Assembly (NCBI GenBank): GCA_028710495.1
Contig: JAQUST010000002.1
Location: forward strand, 33,577-97,576
Origin: Clostridia bacterium
GTDB lineage: Bacteria > Bacillota > Clostridia > Christensenellales > CAG-917
DNA: 64,000 bases
Reading direction: 5' to 3'
A program made the translations under genes and the position numbers. Below, piece after piece: positions 50,657-58,877 of this stretch (the first letter of the stretch is position 1; each line of letters begins with the position of its first letter). Under the pieces are notes generated by a model, which ran no database searches, was not told where the DNA came from, and worked only from the letters and a program-made list of their open reading frames with translations.

Positions 50657-51327
50657 TTTTGACCATTGAAAACCTCAAAAAACAATATGGCGACAAAGTT
50701 GTACTTGATATTGAAAAGTTTGAATTTGAAAAAGGCTTGAAATACGCAATCATAGGCGCAAACGGTTCAGGGAAATCTACACTTCTCAAAATTTTGGCGA
50801 AAACCGATAAGCAAAGTAACGGTAATTTTGAATTTGAAAAAGATACAGCCGTAGGATTTATGCCACAACATAGTTTTGGATTTTCAATGTCGGTGCTTAA
50901 CAACATAATGCTAGCCTTTCCACTCAAATATAAGAATATTGCAAAAGTAAAAACATTGGAAATTCTTGAAAAACTTATGCTTTTACCGCTCAAAAAGAAA
51001 AACGGGGCGCACTTGTCAGGAGGCGAAACTGAGCGTTTAGCACTTGGAAGACTCTTATCTAATCAACACGACATTTTATTGCTAGATGAGCCGACTGCAT
51101 CAATGGATGTGCAATCCGCAATAGTAGCAGAAAAAGTATTGCTTGAATATTTGAAACAAAATGGTGCTACTTTAATTTTTGCAACACATTCACTAAAACA
51201 AGCAGAACGAATTGCTGACATTATTATTTTTTTTGCAAACGGAAATCTAATAGAATATGGCAAAACAAAAACGGTTTTGAATTTTCCCACTTCTTCACAA
51301 CTTATCGAGTTTTTACAAAAAGCGTAA
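50653..51327 (+). CDS. tupC: Tungstate ABC transporter ATP-binding protein
   Basis: Walker A GANGSGKST, signature LSGGETERL and Walker B LLLDEPTASMD. Its start overlaps the tupB stop. Confidence 0.8.
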   Translation: MILTIENLKKQYGDKVVLDIEKFEFEKGLKYAIIGANGSGKSTLLKILAKTDKQSNGNFEFEKDTAVGFMPQHSFGFSMSVLNNIMLAFPLKYKNIAKVKTLEILEKLMLLPLKKKNGAHLSGGETERLALGRLLSNQHDILLLDEPTASMDVQSAIVAEKVLLEYLKQNGATLIFATHSLKQAERIADIIIFFANGNLIEYGKTKTVLNFPTSSQLIEFLQKA

Positions 51328-51337
51328 GCAAATAAAA

Positions 51338-51385
51338 ATGAAGATATTATTTCTAATAGAAAACTATATCTTCATTATTTTTTTC
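51338..51385. terminator. Rho-independent terminator after tupC
   Basis: A 10-bp stem ATGAAGATAT / ATATCTTCAT with an 18-nt loop, followed by TATTTTTTT. Confidence 0.55.
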
Positions 51386-51408
51386 AATAAATTAATGCTC
51401 ATTTGTTA

Positions 51409-51723
51409 TTACGCTGCGAAATGCAAATTACTATCATATTCAAACCAATCGCCAACAGAATATAAATTGAAAACTGCTTCAGTAACATAGAAGCCTGCAG
51501 TGTCCCCATTCTCCGCCTGAACCCATATGCAAAAATTTGTTGCGCCAGCTCTTGGGTCAATCATTTTTAATTCTCCAATACTAAAAAGCAATGGTTCACC
51601 AATAGTTTTATTGATAACTGTGCCAGAGATGACAGTTACACTGTTGCAACCCGAAAAAGCAACAGTAATCATTAAAATTATAAGCAATACCGACAAAACG
51701 ACTATCCGTTTCCCTCTTATCAT
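51409..51723 (-). CDS. Small lipoprotein of unknown function
   Basis: A 104-aa protein with a signal peptide and lipobox (VAFSGC). No recognised domain. Confidence 0.45.
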   Translation of the reverse strand: MIRGKRIVVLSVLLIILMITVAFSGCNSVTVISGTVINKTIGEPLLFSIGELKMIDPRAGATNFCIWVQAENGDTAGFYVTEAVFNLYSVGDWFEYDSNLHFAA

Positions 51724-52183
51724 TTTTATTACCCCTAATCATTCTTTATAATTATATTATGCTAGTATAATAAATTATGATAGATGAGTAATTTGAGTGA
51801 TTATGTCACTTTTTAATTTAGAATGAAATTTTGCAACTTTTATAAAAAAATTTGTCTATAGGCATAAAAAAATGCAAAACCAAATAACTTATTTCTTACC
51901 AATCTATATGAATTAACTAAATTTAAAAAATATATTTTGAATGACAAAAATTATTAGTTTTATTTATAAACATCGCCCGCTTCAAAATAAAACATTTCGG
52001 ATTACAACTTTCATATCTGGAAAATTTTGCTTTGCTAGATGTTCTTTAATAATTTTACATAATGAACTCTATAGTTTATAATAAAGAAGAAATTTTTGAT
52101 TATTGTCAAAATATTTTCACAATTTTGACACATAAACAAATTAAAATCAAAATATAAACTGAAGGTAATATTTGAGGTGAACT

Positions 52184-53596
52184 ATGAATAAGAAAGTTTT
52201 TACAATTATAATTGCAGTAATGCTGGTTGTTTGTATTATCGCCTTTTCTGCTTGCGATGAAATCTCACTTGCTGGCGAGTCTGCCTATGAGATTGCAGTT
52301 CGAAACGGCTACAGCGGAACGGAAACAGAGTGGCTTGAGAGTTTGGTCGGTTCAAACGGAACTGACGGAATAAACGGAACTGACGGCGATGACGGCGTTG
52401 ACGGTGCGTATGCAGGTAAAGGCTATTCCGCTTACGAAATTGCAGTTTTAGAAGGTTATGAAGGCACAATTGCTCAATGGCTCGACAGTCTAGTTGGAGA
52501 CAGAGGCGATACTGGTGCGACAAGTGTTTCCGCAGCCACAAACAAAGCAATCCTCTCCGTTGTATCAGTGACAAGCGGATTTACCAAAACTACATACAAC
52601 TACAATCCTGCAACTCAGCAATATATAGTTGCAGGTGAACAAGAATATGCAAGCGCCGGAGCTGGAGTTATAATTCAAGACGATAAAGAAAACGGAACTG
52701 CTTACATAGTCACCAACTACCATGTAGTTTATGATGCAGACGCTAATGTAAAAATAAGCGATGATGTCGCAGTCTATCTTTATGGAATGGAATATTCTGA
52801 ATACAAAGTTTCAGCGACTTATGTCGGTGGCTCGATGACATATGATATCGCAGTGTTGAAAGTCACAAACTCCGATATCTACAAAAATAGCAGCGCGCTT
52901 CCATGCTCAATTGGAAGTTCAGGAAACATGGTTGCAGGCGATCCCGCAATAGCCATTGGAAACCCTGAAGCAACGGGCATTTCTGCAACAGCCGGTATAA
53001 TCTCAATAGACAGCGAATATATCACGATGACTGCCGCGGATGACACAACCGAAGTTACATTCCGTGTCATGCGCATCGACGCTTCCGTAAATGGTGGGAA
53101 CTCAGGCGGCGGATTGTTCAACAATGATGGCGATCTCATTGGTATTGTAAATGCAAAAATCGTTTCAGACAGCATTGAAGGTATAGCGTATGCAATCCCA
53201 AGTGACCTCGCAATTTCTGTCGCAAACAATATTATCCGCAACTGCGATGGCGAAACCATAACAAAAGTTCAGCGTAATATTTTGGGTATAAATTTCACAA
53301 TAGAAAACAGCAAGGCAATATATGACAGTGAAACAAACAGAACGCAAATAGTTGAAACTATCTCTGTTAGCGCAATAACGGCAGGAAGCCCTGCCGAAAC
53401 CGCAGGACTAATGATTGGTGATATAGTGCTCTACTTCACTCACGAAACCACAATCAAAACGGTTGACCGCGCATTTATTCTTGCGGACTACTCATTCAAT
53501 TTTGAAGAAGGCGATGTGATAACTTTGACCGTTTTACGTGGTGAAGAACAGATTGACGTCGCTATCACCGCGCCTGTTGCAATATCGATTGACTAA
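52184..53596 (+). CDS. HtrA/DegP-like trypsin-fold serine protease lipoprotein with PDZ domain and N-terminal collagen/tail-fibre-like repeats
   Basis: Lipobox (AFSAC). Duplicated SAYEIAV-x-GY-x-GT-x-x-WL-x-SLVG modules are separated by a GTDGINGTDGDDGVDG triplet run. The catalytic residues sit in TNYHVV, YDIAVLKV and GNSGGGLF. The PDZ domain is marked by GSPAETAGLMIGDIVL. Confidence 0.8.
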   Translation: MNKKVFTIIIAVMLVVCIIAFSACDEISLAGESAYEIAVRNGYSGTETEWLESLVGSNGTDGINGTDGDDGVDGAYAGKGYSAYEIAVLEGYEGTIAQWLDSLVGDRGDTGATSVSAATNKAILSVVSVTSGFTKTTYNYNPATQQYIVAGEQEYASAGAGVIIQDDKENGTAYIVTNYHVVYDADANVKISDDVAVYLYGMEYSEYKVSATYVGGSMTYDIAVLKVTNSDIYKNSSALPCSIGSSGNMVAGDPAIAIGNPEATGISATAGIISIDSEYITMTAADDTTEVTFRVMRIDASVNGGNSGGGLFNNDGDLIGIVNAKIVSDSIEGIAYAIPSDLAISVANNIIRNCDGETITKVQRNILGINFTIENSKAIYDSETNRTQIVETISVSAITAGSPAETAGLMIGDIVLYFTHETTIKTVDRAFILADYSFNFEEGDVITLTVLRGEEQIDVAITAPVAISID

Positions 53597-53626
53597 ATTA
53601 AGTTGTAAGCTTTGAAAAATTAACAC

Positions 53627-53657
53627 AAAATGGCACTCAACTGAGTGCCATTTTATT
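53627..53657 (+). terminator. Rho-independent terminator after the protease gene
   Basis: TGGCACTC aact GAGTGCCA followed by TTTTATT. Confidence 0.7.
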
Positions 53658-53860
53658 ATGGAAAATTCAGAAAGCTTCTAGGTTATTTTAAAAATGAACG
53701 ACTCCGCTTTCAACTTGTTAAAAATACGTTTCTATTTTATTCTTTTGTAAACTGCTTTAGTTTTAATTTGTTGACAAGCCTATAAGCCTTTTCTATTAAA
53801 TTACGGTTGTGAGATTTGATTTATTTATATTAAACTTAAAAATCAGCTCAAAAAATAGAT

Positions 53861-54319
53861 TTACTTTTTTATTTTTTTAGTATATGTGGTGAATCCGTCA
53901 GGCATATATCCTTCCTTGCAATACAAGTGACACGCATTAACATTCGATGTCAGCACTTCAAGAGTGATACTCACTGCCTTATCTTTATAGAAAACTTCGA
54001 GCCAGTCCATAAACATACTCGCATAGCCTTTGTTGCGGCTGTTTGATGAAATGTATAGTTCGTCCAAAACTATAACATTCCCCCCTTCTTCGTTGCACCA
54101 GTAAGAGGTTATAATCGAATAACCCGCGATCCCATCTTCGCCGATAATAAAAAACCCCCACAAGTTCTCGTGGCGGTCTAATACTCTGTCAAATGAAAGA
54201 TTGGCGATGCTTTCGTCATATTCACGCAATGTTGCATTCGATCGGTAGAACTCTTTGCAAAGTTCTTTAAATGCTTCTCTATCAGATTTTTCAAACTCTC
54301 TAACAAACATAAAAATCAC
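53861..54319 (-). CDS. GNAT-family N-acetyltransferase
   Basis: A 152-aa protein with acetyl-CoA binding motif A (LYISSNSRNKGYASMF). The start codon is uncertain (Met at 54319 or 54310). Confidence 0.7.
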   Translation of the reverse strand: MIFMFVREFEKSDREAFKELCKEFYRSNATLREYDESIANLSFDRVLDRHENLWGFFIIGEDGIAGYSIITSYWCNEEGGNVIVLDELYISSNSRNKGYASMFMDWLEVFYKDKAVSITLEVLTSNVNACHLYCKEGYMPDGFTTYTKKIKK

Positions 54320-54755
54320 TCTTTATTCATTTATTTTGAGCAAATTATATCTTGCAAATATTCATATGTAAAGTGTTATTTGAAAATTATTCAAAAGATT
54401 TTTTTCATTTTTATTCGTCAAAAGATTACACAAAAAAATTAGTCTATATATTTGCTCATTTATGCATTTTAGGTCAAAAAATGCTTGCTACATATTGCAT
54501 TTCTAAGGTGATGTTAAAGTGATTTACAAAATTTTCCATTTTTATTAAATATTAAGTAAATTTATAACATTTTAATTTTTTCAGTTTAATTTTTATTCAA
54601 AAAAATAGTTTTATTGTGATCAATTTTGTTCTACATATTAGATATATAGTTGCGGATAGAGTCAAAAAGCGTTACATGAATATTAAAATGTAAGATATTA
54701 AAAAAAACGGCATCGTCGTTTTTTTATTTGTTTAGAATCAAAAAAATATTACAAT

Positions 54756-56372
54756 TTATCTTAATTTTATAGGCGTATATGCTCTTTCATCGGAGACGCT
54801 TTTGTATGCAGGCCTAATGATTTTGCCTGCGTTTAGCAATTCCTCCATCCTGTGCGCGCTCCATCCTGAGACTCTGGCAACTGCAAAAATCGGAGTATAA
54901 AGTTCCTCAGGCAAGCCAAGCATACGATATGCAAAACCACTGTAGAAGTCTACATTTGCGCTGACACCTTTATATATTCTTCTTTTCTGCATAATAAGTT
55001 TTGTCGCTATCTTTTCAACATTATTGTACAATTTGAATTCATTTTCAAGACCTTTTTCAAGTGACAATTCTCTCACAAATTCTTTGAATACAAAAGCTCT
55101 TGGGTCTGATATAGAATAAACTGCGTGCCCCATTCCATAAACAAGCCCTGTTTTGTCATATGCATCACCTGCTAGTATTTTATCAATATAAAGTGACAGC
55201 TCATCTGTATCATTCCAGTTTTTCACATTTTTCTTTATATCATCAAACATTCTCACAACTTTGAGATTTGCGCCGCCGTGCTTTGGCCCTTTGAGTGAGC
55301 ACAAAGCTGCCGTCATTGCTGAATATGTGTCTGTTCCTGAGCTGGTAACCACATGTGTCGTAAATGTTGAGTTGTTGCCGCCTCCGTGTTCAGCGTGCAA
55401 AATTAGAGCAATATCAAGCACAACCGCTTCCGACTTTGTAAATTTGCCATTGGGACGAAGCATATGCAAAATGTTCTCAGCTGTTGAGTATTCCGCAATT
55501 GGATTGTGAATTATCAAGCTCTTGTTGTTTTTGTAGTGTGAAAATGCTTGATAACCATAAATAGCAAGCAAAGGAAACACCGAAACCAACTGAAGCGATT
55601 GCCTTAAAACATTTTCAAGCGAAACATCGTTTGCATTGGTATCATATGAATTGAGTGTCAAAATGCTTTTCGACATTGAATTGATAATATCAGAACTTGG
55701 AGCTTTTAAAATAACATCCTTAACAAAATTGTTAGGCAAAGTTCTGTGGTTTGATAAAATAGCGCAAAAATCATCCAATTGCACCTTGGATGGCAAGCGG
55801 TTGAAAAGCAACAAATATGTAGCCTCTTCAAAACCTCTGCAGTGTTCATCATCATGATTGCCAATCAAGTCTTTGACATTTATGCCCCTGTAGAACAATT
55901 CACCCTCACAAGGAACGAGCGCTCCATCTACCATTTTTTTGGATCGGATTTCGGACACTGCCGTCAATCCTGCAAGCACACCAGTTCCGTTTATGTCTCG
56001 CAAACCTTTTTTCACATCATACTTTGAGTAAAGTGTTTCGTCTATCTTACCATCGGTTCTGAACACCTCTGCAAGTGATTTTATGTCTTCAGTAATTCTA
56101 TAATTTTTGTTTGTTGCCCGTTTGTATGTTTCAAGCATAGCTTCATAAACGGTATAGTTGTTTATATCTCCACAATTTATTATGAAATCAATTGAAACAT
56201 CAAAAACATCTGCCAAAATCTGCAAATGAGAGATGTCGGGATATCCCGCGCCGCTTTCCCACTTGCTTACTGTTTTGTCGCTTATCCCAAGCATTTTTGC
56301 AAGGTCAAGCTGCTTCCACCCCTTTTGATATCTTAAAAATGAAATCGTTTTCCCCGTATTCTTAGCGTCCAT
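54756..56372 (-). CDS. XRE-family HTH domain fused to a citrate synthase
   Basis: The N-terminal ~65 aa are HTH_3-like (ISFLRYQKGWKQLDLAKMLGISDKTVSKWESGAGYPDISHLQILADVF). The remainder is a citrate synthase with LHAEHGGGNNSTF, GPKHGGAN, GMGHAVYSISDPR and NVDFYSG. The start is the ATG at 56372, after GGAGGTG. Confidence 0.8.
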   Translation of the reverse strand: MDAKNTGKTISFLRYQKGWKQLDLAKMLGISDKTVSKWESGAGYPDISHLQILADVFDVSIDFIINCGDINNYTVYEAMLETYKRATNKNYRITEDIKSLAEVFRTDGKIDETLYSKYDVKKGLRDINGTGVLAGLTAVSEIRSKKMVDGALVPCEGELFYRGINVKDLIGNHDDEHCRGFEEATYLLLFNRLPSKVQLDDFCAILSNHRTLPNNFVKDVILKAPSSDIINSMSKSILTLNSYDTNANDVSLENVLRQSLQLVSVFPLLAIYGYQAFSHYKNNKSLIIHNPIAEYSTAENILHMLRPNGKFTKSEAVVLDIALILHAEHGGGNNSTFTTHVVTSSGTDTYSAMTAALCSLKGPKHGGANLKVVRMFDDIKKNVKNWNDTDELSLYIDKILAGDAYDKTGLVYGMGHAVYSISDPRAFVFKEFVRELSLEKGLENEFKLYNNVEKIATKLIMQKRRIYKGVSANVDFYSGFAYRMLGLPEELYTPIFAVARVSGWSAHRMEELLNAGKIIRPAYKSVSDERAYTPIKLR

Positions 56373-56791
56373 ATTCACCTCCAACTTTTACCATTATACA
56401 TAATTTTTTACAAAAAGTAAAGTTATGCGGGCACTTTAAGTGAATTTGCGTATATAAAACCAAAATAAGTCTGCGAAAAGTAGACAATTTTGTCGAGCTC
56501 ATCTTTGCATCAAAAATTTATAGTTCGTACAAATTCTCCATAACGGGTCTCTAATTTATTTTCATCTCTACAAATGCAATTCACATAATCTTTTACATAA
56601 GTATCAAAAAAGCCGCTGTGTTGAGCGGCTTATTTGTTTTGGTAAATATGAGATTCAATTAAAATACTAAATTTTGTTGTTATTTGAGGTGGGCTTTTGT
56701 GTTTTGGTAAAGATGAGGACAGGACATTACTTCGATTTACTTAAAGCGAATTTTTTCACTCAGCTTATTATACTCTTCAGTGTATGCGCTT

Positions 56792-57679
56792 TCACACAGA
56801 TGGAGTAACAATTTGCAACCCCTCTCTTTTAGCCATTAAGTTGGCAGTCCCCTTGATGATGTTGTCTGCTACGGAATACTGCTCTCCGCTTATTATCATT
56901 TCAGTTATCTTGCCTTTCGTGGCAGAGGAAAGCATATCATAGTCTTTAACCGCTGTCCTTGCTGTCGATGTGGCTTTGTTCCTGCTTATACGGTCGCCTA
57001 TCTTGAATGATGTTTCTTTGACTGCAATATCTGTAGAAGTTTTAGAAACGGATAATTTTTTATCATTAGATGTTGCCTTTTTATTTTTTTGCACTATAAT
57101 AGTATTAGAGAAGGCTTTTGCTTCTCCGGAAACACCGCTTTGGATTCGTTTACCTTCGGGGACGGATACAACGTTCAATCGTTGTGCGGTGTTTTCATTT
57201 ACTTTAGTTATTGCATATATATGATTTTTTTCATCAAATTTGCTCTCTCCAATATTCAAATAAATGCTATGTCGTTCCCCTTGATAAATAAAATCTGCGA
57301 TGTAATAGTGAAACGCTTTGAATTTTTTGTGTTCAACTTTATTTGCTGAATGAGAATACTTTGCATTTTCAATTACTTTTTTAAGTTCTGACAGTTGTGC
57401 TACTTTTTTATCGCTCGCTTTTTGCGATATTTTTTTTGCGTCGCTCTTGTCCATAATGGCTTTTCTGCCGTCGCTTAAAGTAAATTCCTGTCCTGCGAAG
57501 CTTTCAATCAAGTATTTGCGCCTGACATTGTATTTGCTTTCTGATGAACTTTCAATCAACCTGGCAAGTTCGCTATTTTCATTGATTACGATAACATCAT
57601 CAATCAAGTACTTTGTTATCTTAAAAGCTATGTCCGCCTTATGTTGCATCTTTCTTAGTTTTATTTCTTTCTCTTCCAT
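56792..57679 (-). CDS. Island-borne protein of unknown function (possible polyvalent-protein-type nuclease-like domain)
   Basis: A 295-aa protein starting at the ATG at 57679, which follows AAGGAGGA. The central segment GRKAIMDKSDAKKI...HKKFKAFHYYIADFIYQGERHSIYLNIGESKFDEKNHIYAITK is reminiscent of phage/ICE polyvalent-protein modules, but this was not verified. Confidence 0.5.
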   Translation of the reverse strand: MEEKEIKLRKMQHKADIAFKITKYLIDDVIVINENSELARLIESSSESKYNVRRKYLIESFAGQEFTLSDGRKAIMDKSDAKKISQKASDKKVAQLSELKKVIENAKYSHSANKVEHKKFKAFHYYIADFIYQGERHSIYLNIGESKFDEKNHIYAITKVNENTAQRLNVVSVPEGKRIQSGVSGEAKAFSNTIIVQKNKKATSNDKKLSVSKTSTDIAVKETSFKIGDRISRNKATSTARTAVKDYDMLSSATKGKITEMIISGEQYSVADNIIKGTANLMAKREGLQIVTPSV

Positions 57680-57754
57680 TTTGTAATTCCTCCTTTTTTG
57701 TGCTCTTGCTACCCTACACTTATATTTTATCATCTTTTACTGCGAAAAAAAGGG

Positions 57755-57810
57755 TTCAGGTAGTGTCTTTTTTTTGTTCAGGTAGTGTCTTTTTTTATTT
57801 AGGTAGTGGC
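57755..57810. repeat. Direct repeats with 22-bp period (TTCAGGTAGTGTCTTTTTTT twice, plus one degenerate copy)
   Basis: Units start at 57755, 57777 and 57799 (the last reads ttaggtagtggc). They lie in the divergent region between the orphan ORF and the XRE pseudogene. Confidence 0.7.
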
Positions 57811-57850
57811 TAAATGCATTAAATTATTAAATTTTATTTTATTTTGCAAT

Positions 57851-58015
57851 TTGAATGTAAAAAAATAAGAACTGAGCAACTCTTGCTAACTCAAAAAGAG
57901 TTAGCAAGAGAAATTAAGTGTATCGATATCAACTGTTCAAAAATGGGAACAAGGCAAAATGGATTTAAGTTTGAAAAATTTAAGAAAGCTAAATGAAATT
58001 ATAAAAAATAATTAG
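57851..58015 (+). pseudogene. Frameshifted small XRE-family HTH regulator
   Basis: One frame reads KIRTEQLLLTQKELAREIK. The +1 frame continues VSISTVQKWEQGKMDLSLKNLRKLNEIIKNN-stop. The N-terminus is also broken in an A-run (ttg aat gta aaa aaa taa). Confidence 0.55.
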
Positions 58016-58198
58016 AAAATTAAATTGTGCAATAAATAACAAAAAAACAATTAAGAAAAGAGAGCCTATTATTGGCTCTCTCCTTAAATACTCTCGTTTC
58101 GTTTGCTTTGTTAACTTGAATATATTACAGTTTCTTCTAATCATGAAATTTCTTTGCCAAAAACTTTGGTTCACAATTAACCGAATACCGCAATACAA

Positions 58199-58490
58199 GT
58201 GTCTACAAAGCTGACAGCGACAGAATATTTAAATTTTCGGAATATTGTATACCTGAAAACGCAATACGAAACAAATTAGACCATATAGCTCAACAGGCAG
58301 AGTTGAAAAGAATACGCATTCACAACTTTATACATTCCCACGCTTCCGTTCTTTTGAGTAGAGGTGTACCGATTATAGAAGTATCAAAAAGGTTGGGACA
58401 TTCAAGCCAACGCAAACACTGAATACCTACGGACACTTGATGCCAAAATCAGACGATAAGGTATTGAGCGTTTTAGACACAATTATTTAG
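58199..58490 (+). pseudogene. Truncated, frameshifted tyrosine recombinase (integrase) C-terminal fragment
   Basis: It reads ...LKRIRIHNFIHSHASVLLSRGVPIIEVSKRLGHSS, then shifts frame into TQTLNTYGHLMPKSDDKVLSVLDTII-stop. The N-terminal two-thirds are missing. The usual box-II Arg (HxLRH) is replaced, giving HNFIH. Confidence 0.7.
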
Positions 58491-58840
58491 TGAAATTATT
58501 TTTTTGTTTTCATTTTGTGTTCAGAACAATATATTGTATGTATAAAATGAAAAAAACCACGATATATCGTGGTTTTTCCTTTTGGTGGAGATGAGGGGAT
58601 ATTGCTCCGCTTGACTTGAAGCAATAGGATTTGTTCGTCTTTTTTTTTACAATCAGCTCATTATACTTTTTCAGTGTCTGCACTTTCTCGCCGGTACGGG
58701 GCAACAATTTCCCAAATTGTTGCCTGCGTTTGAAAATTGCTACTTATATAGCAATTCTCAAACTACCCTTCCGTTCAAATCCCCTCACCTGTTTATTCCA
58801 TTTTCTACAAATTAAATATGCGTAATCATTTTGTATTTAT

Positions 58841-58872
58841 CAAAAAACCCGCTCTTTTGAGCGGGTTTTTTG
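58841..58872 (-). terminator. Rho-independent terminator of ssrA
   Basis: ACCCGCTC tttt GAGCGGGT hairpin, followed on the minus strand by a T-run, 6 nt past the tmRNA CCA end. Confidence 0.65.
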
Positions 58873-58877
58873 TGTTT

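Larger units (their letters stand above)
56605..58877. mobile_element. Stack of decayed integrative-element remnants inserted in the 3' end of ssrA (tmRNA)
   Basis: There are four modules of terminator hairpin plus ssrA-3'-end-like sequence, at 56611-56656, 56684-56725, 58555-58600 and 58847-58895. The 58580-58600 copy matches the real ssrA end at 21 of 21 positions. Between them lie an integrase pseudogene, an XRE pseudogene and one orphan ORF. Confidence 0.65.

Noticed and set aside
52236-52574. A 112-aa minus-strand ORF lies opposite the collagen-like repeat region of the protease.
   Set aside because: It is an Arg/Gln-rich antisense translation of GGN/GAY-rich repeats, a known artefact of triplet-repeat coding regions.
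58768-58790. A tRNA-like T-arm (GTTCAAATCCCCTC) on the plus strand might indicate a tRNA gene.
   Set aside because: The 5' half of the T-stem (GGGG) is missing, and there is no acceptor, D or anticodon arm upstream. It is interpreted as an inverted fragment of the ssrA end.
58510-58825. ORFs 58510..58707 (-) and 58631..58825 (+) lie in the innermost island remnant.
   Set aside because: They overlap each other and the terminator/att modules. They have no RBS and a lysine/phenylalanine-rich composition typical of AT-rich non-coding DNA.
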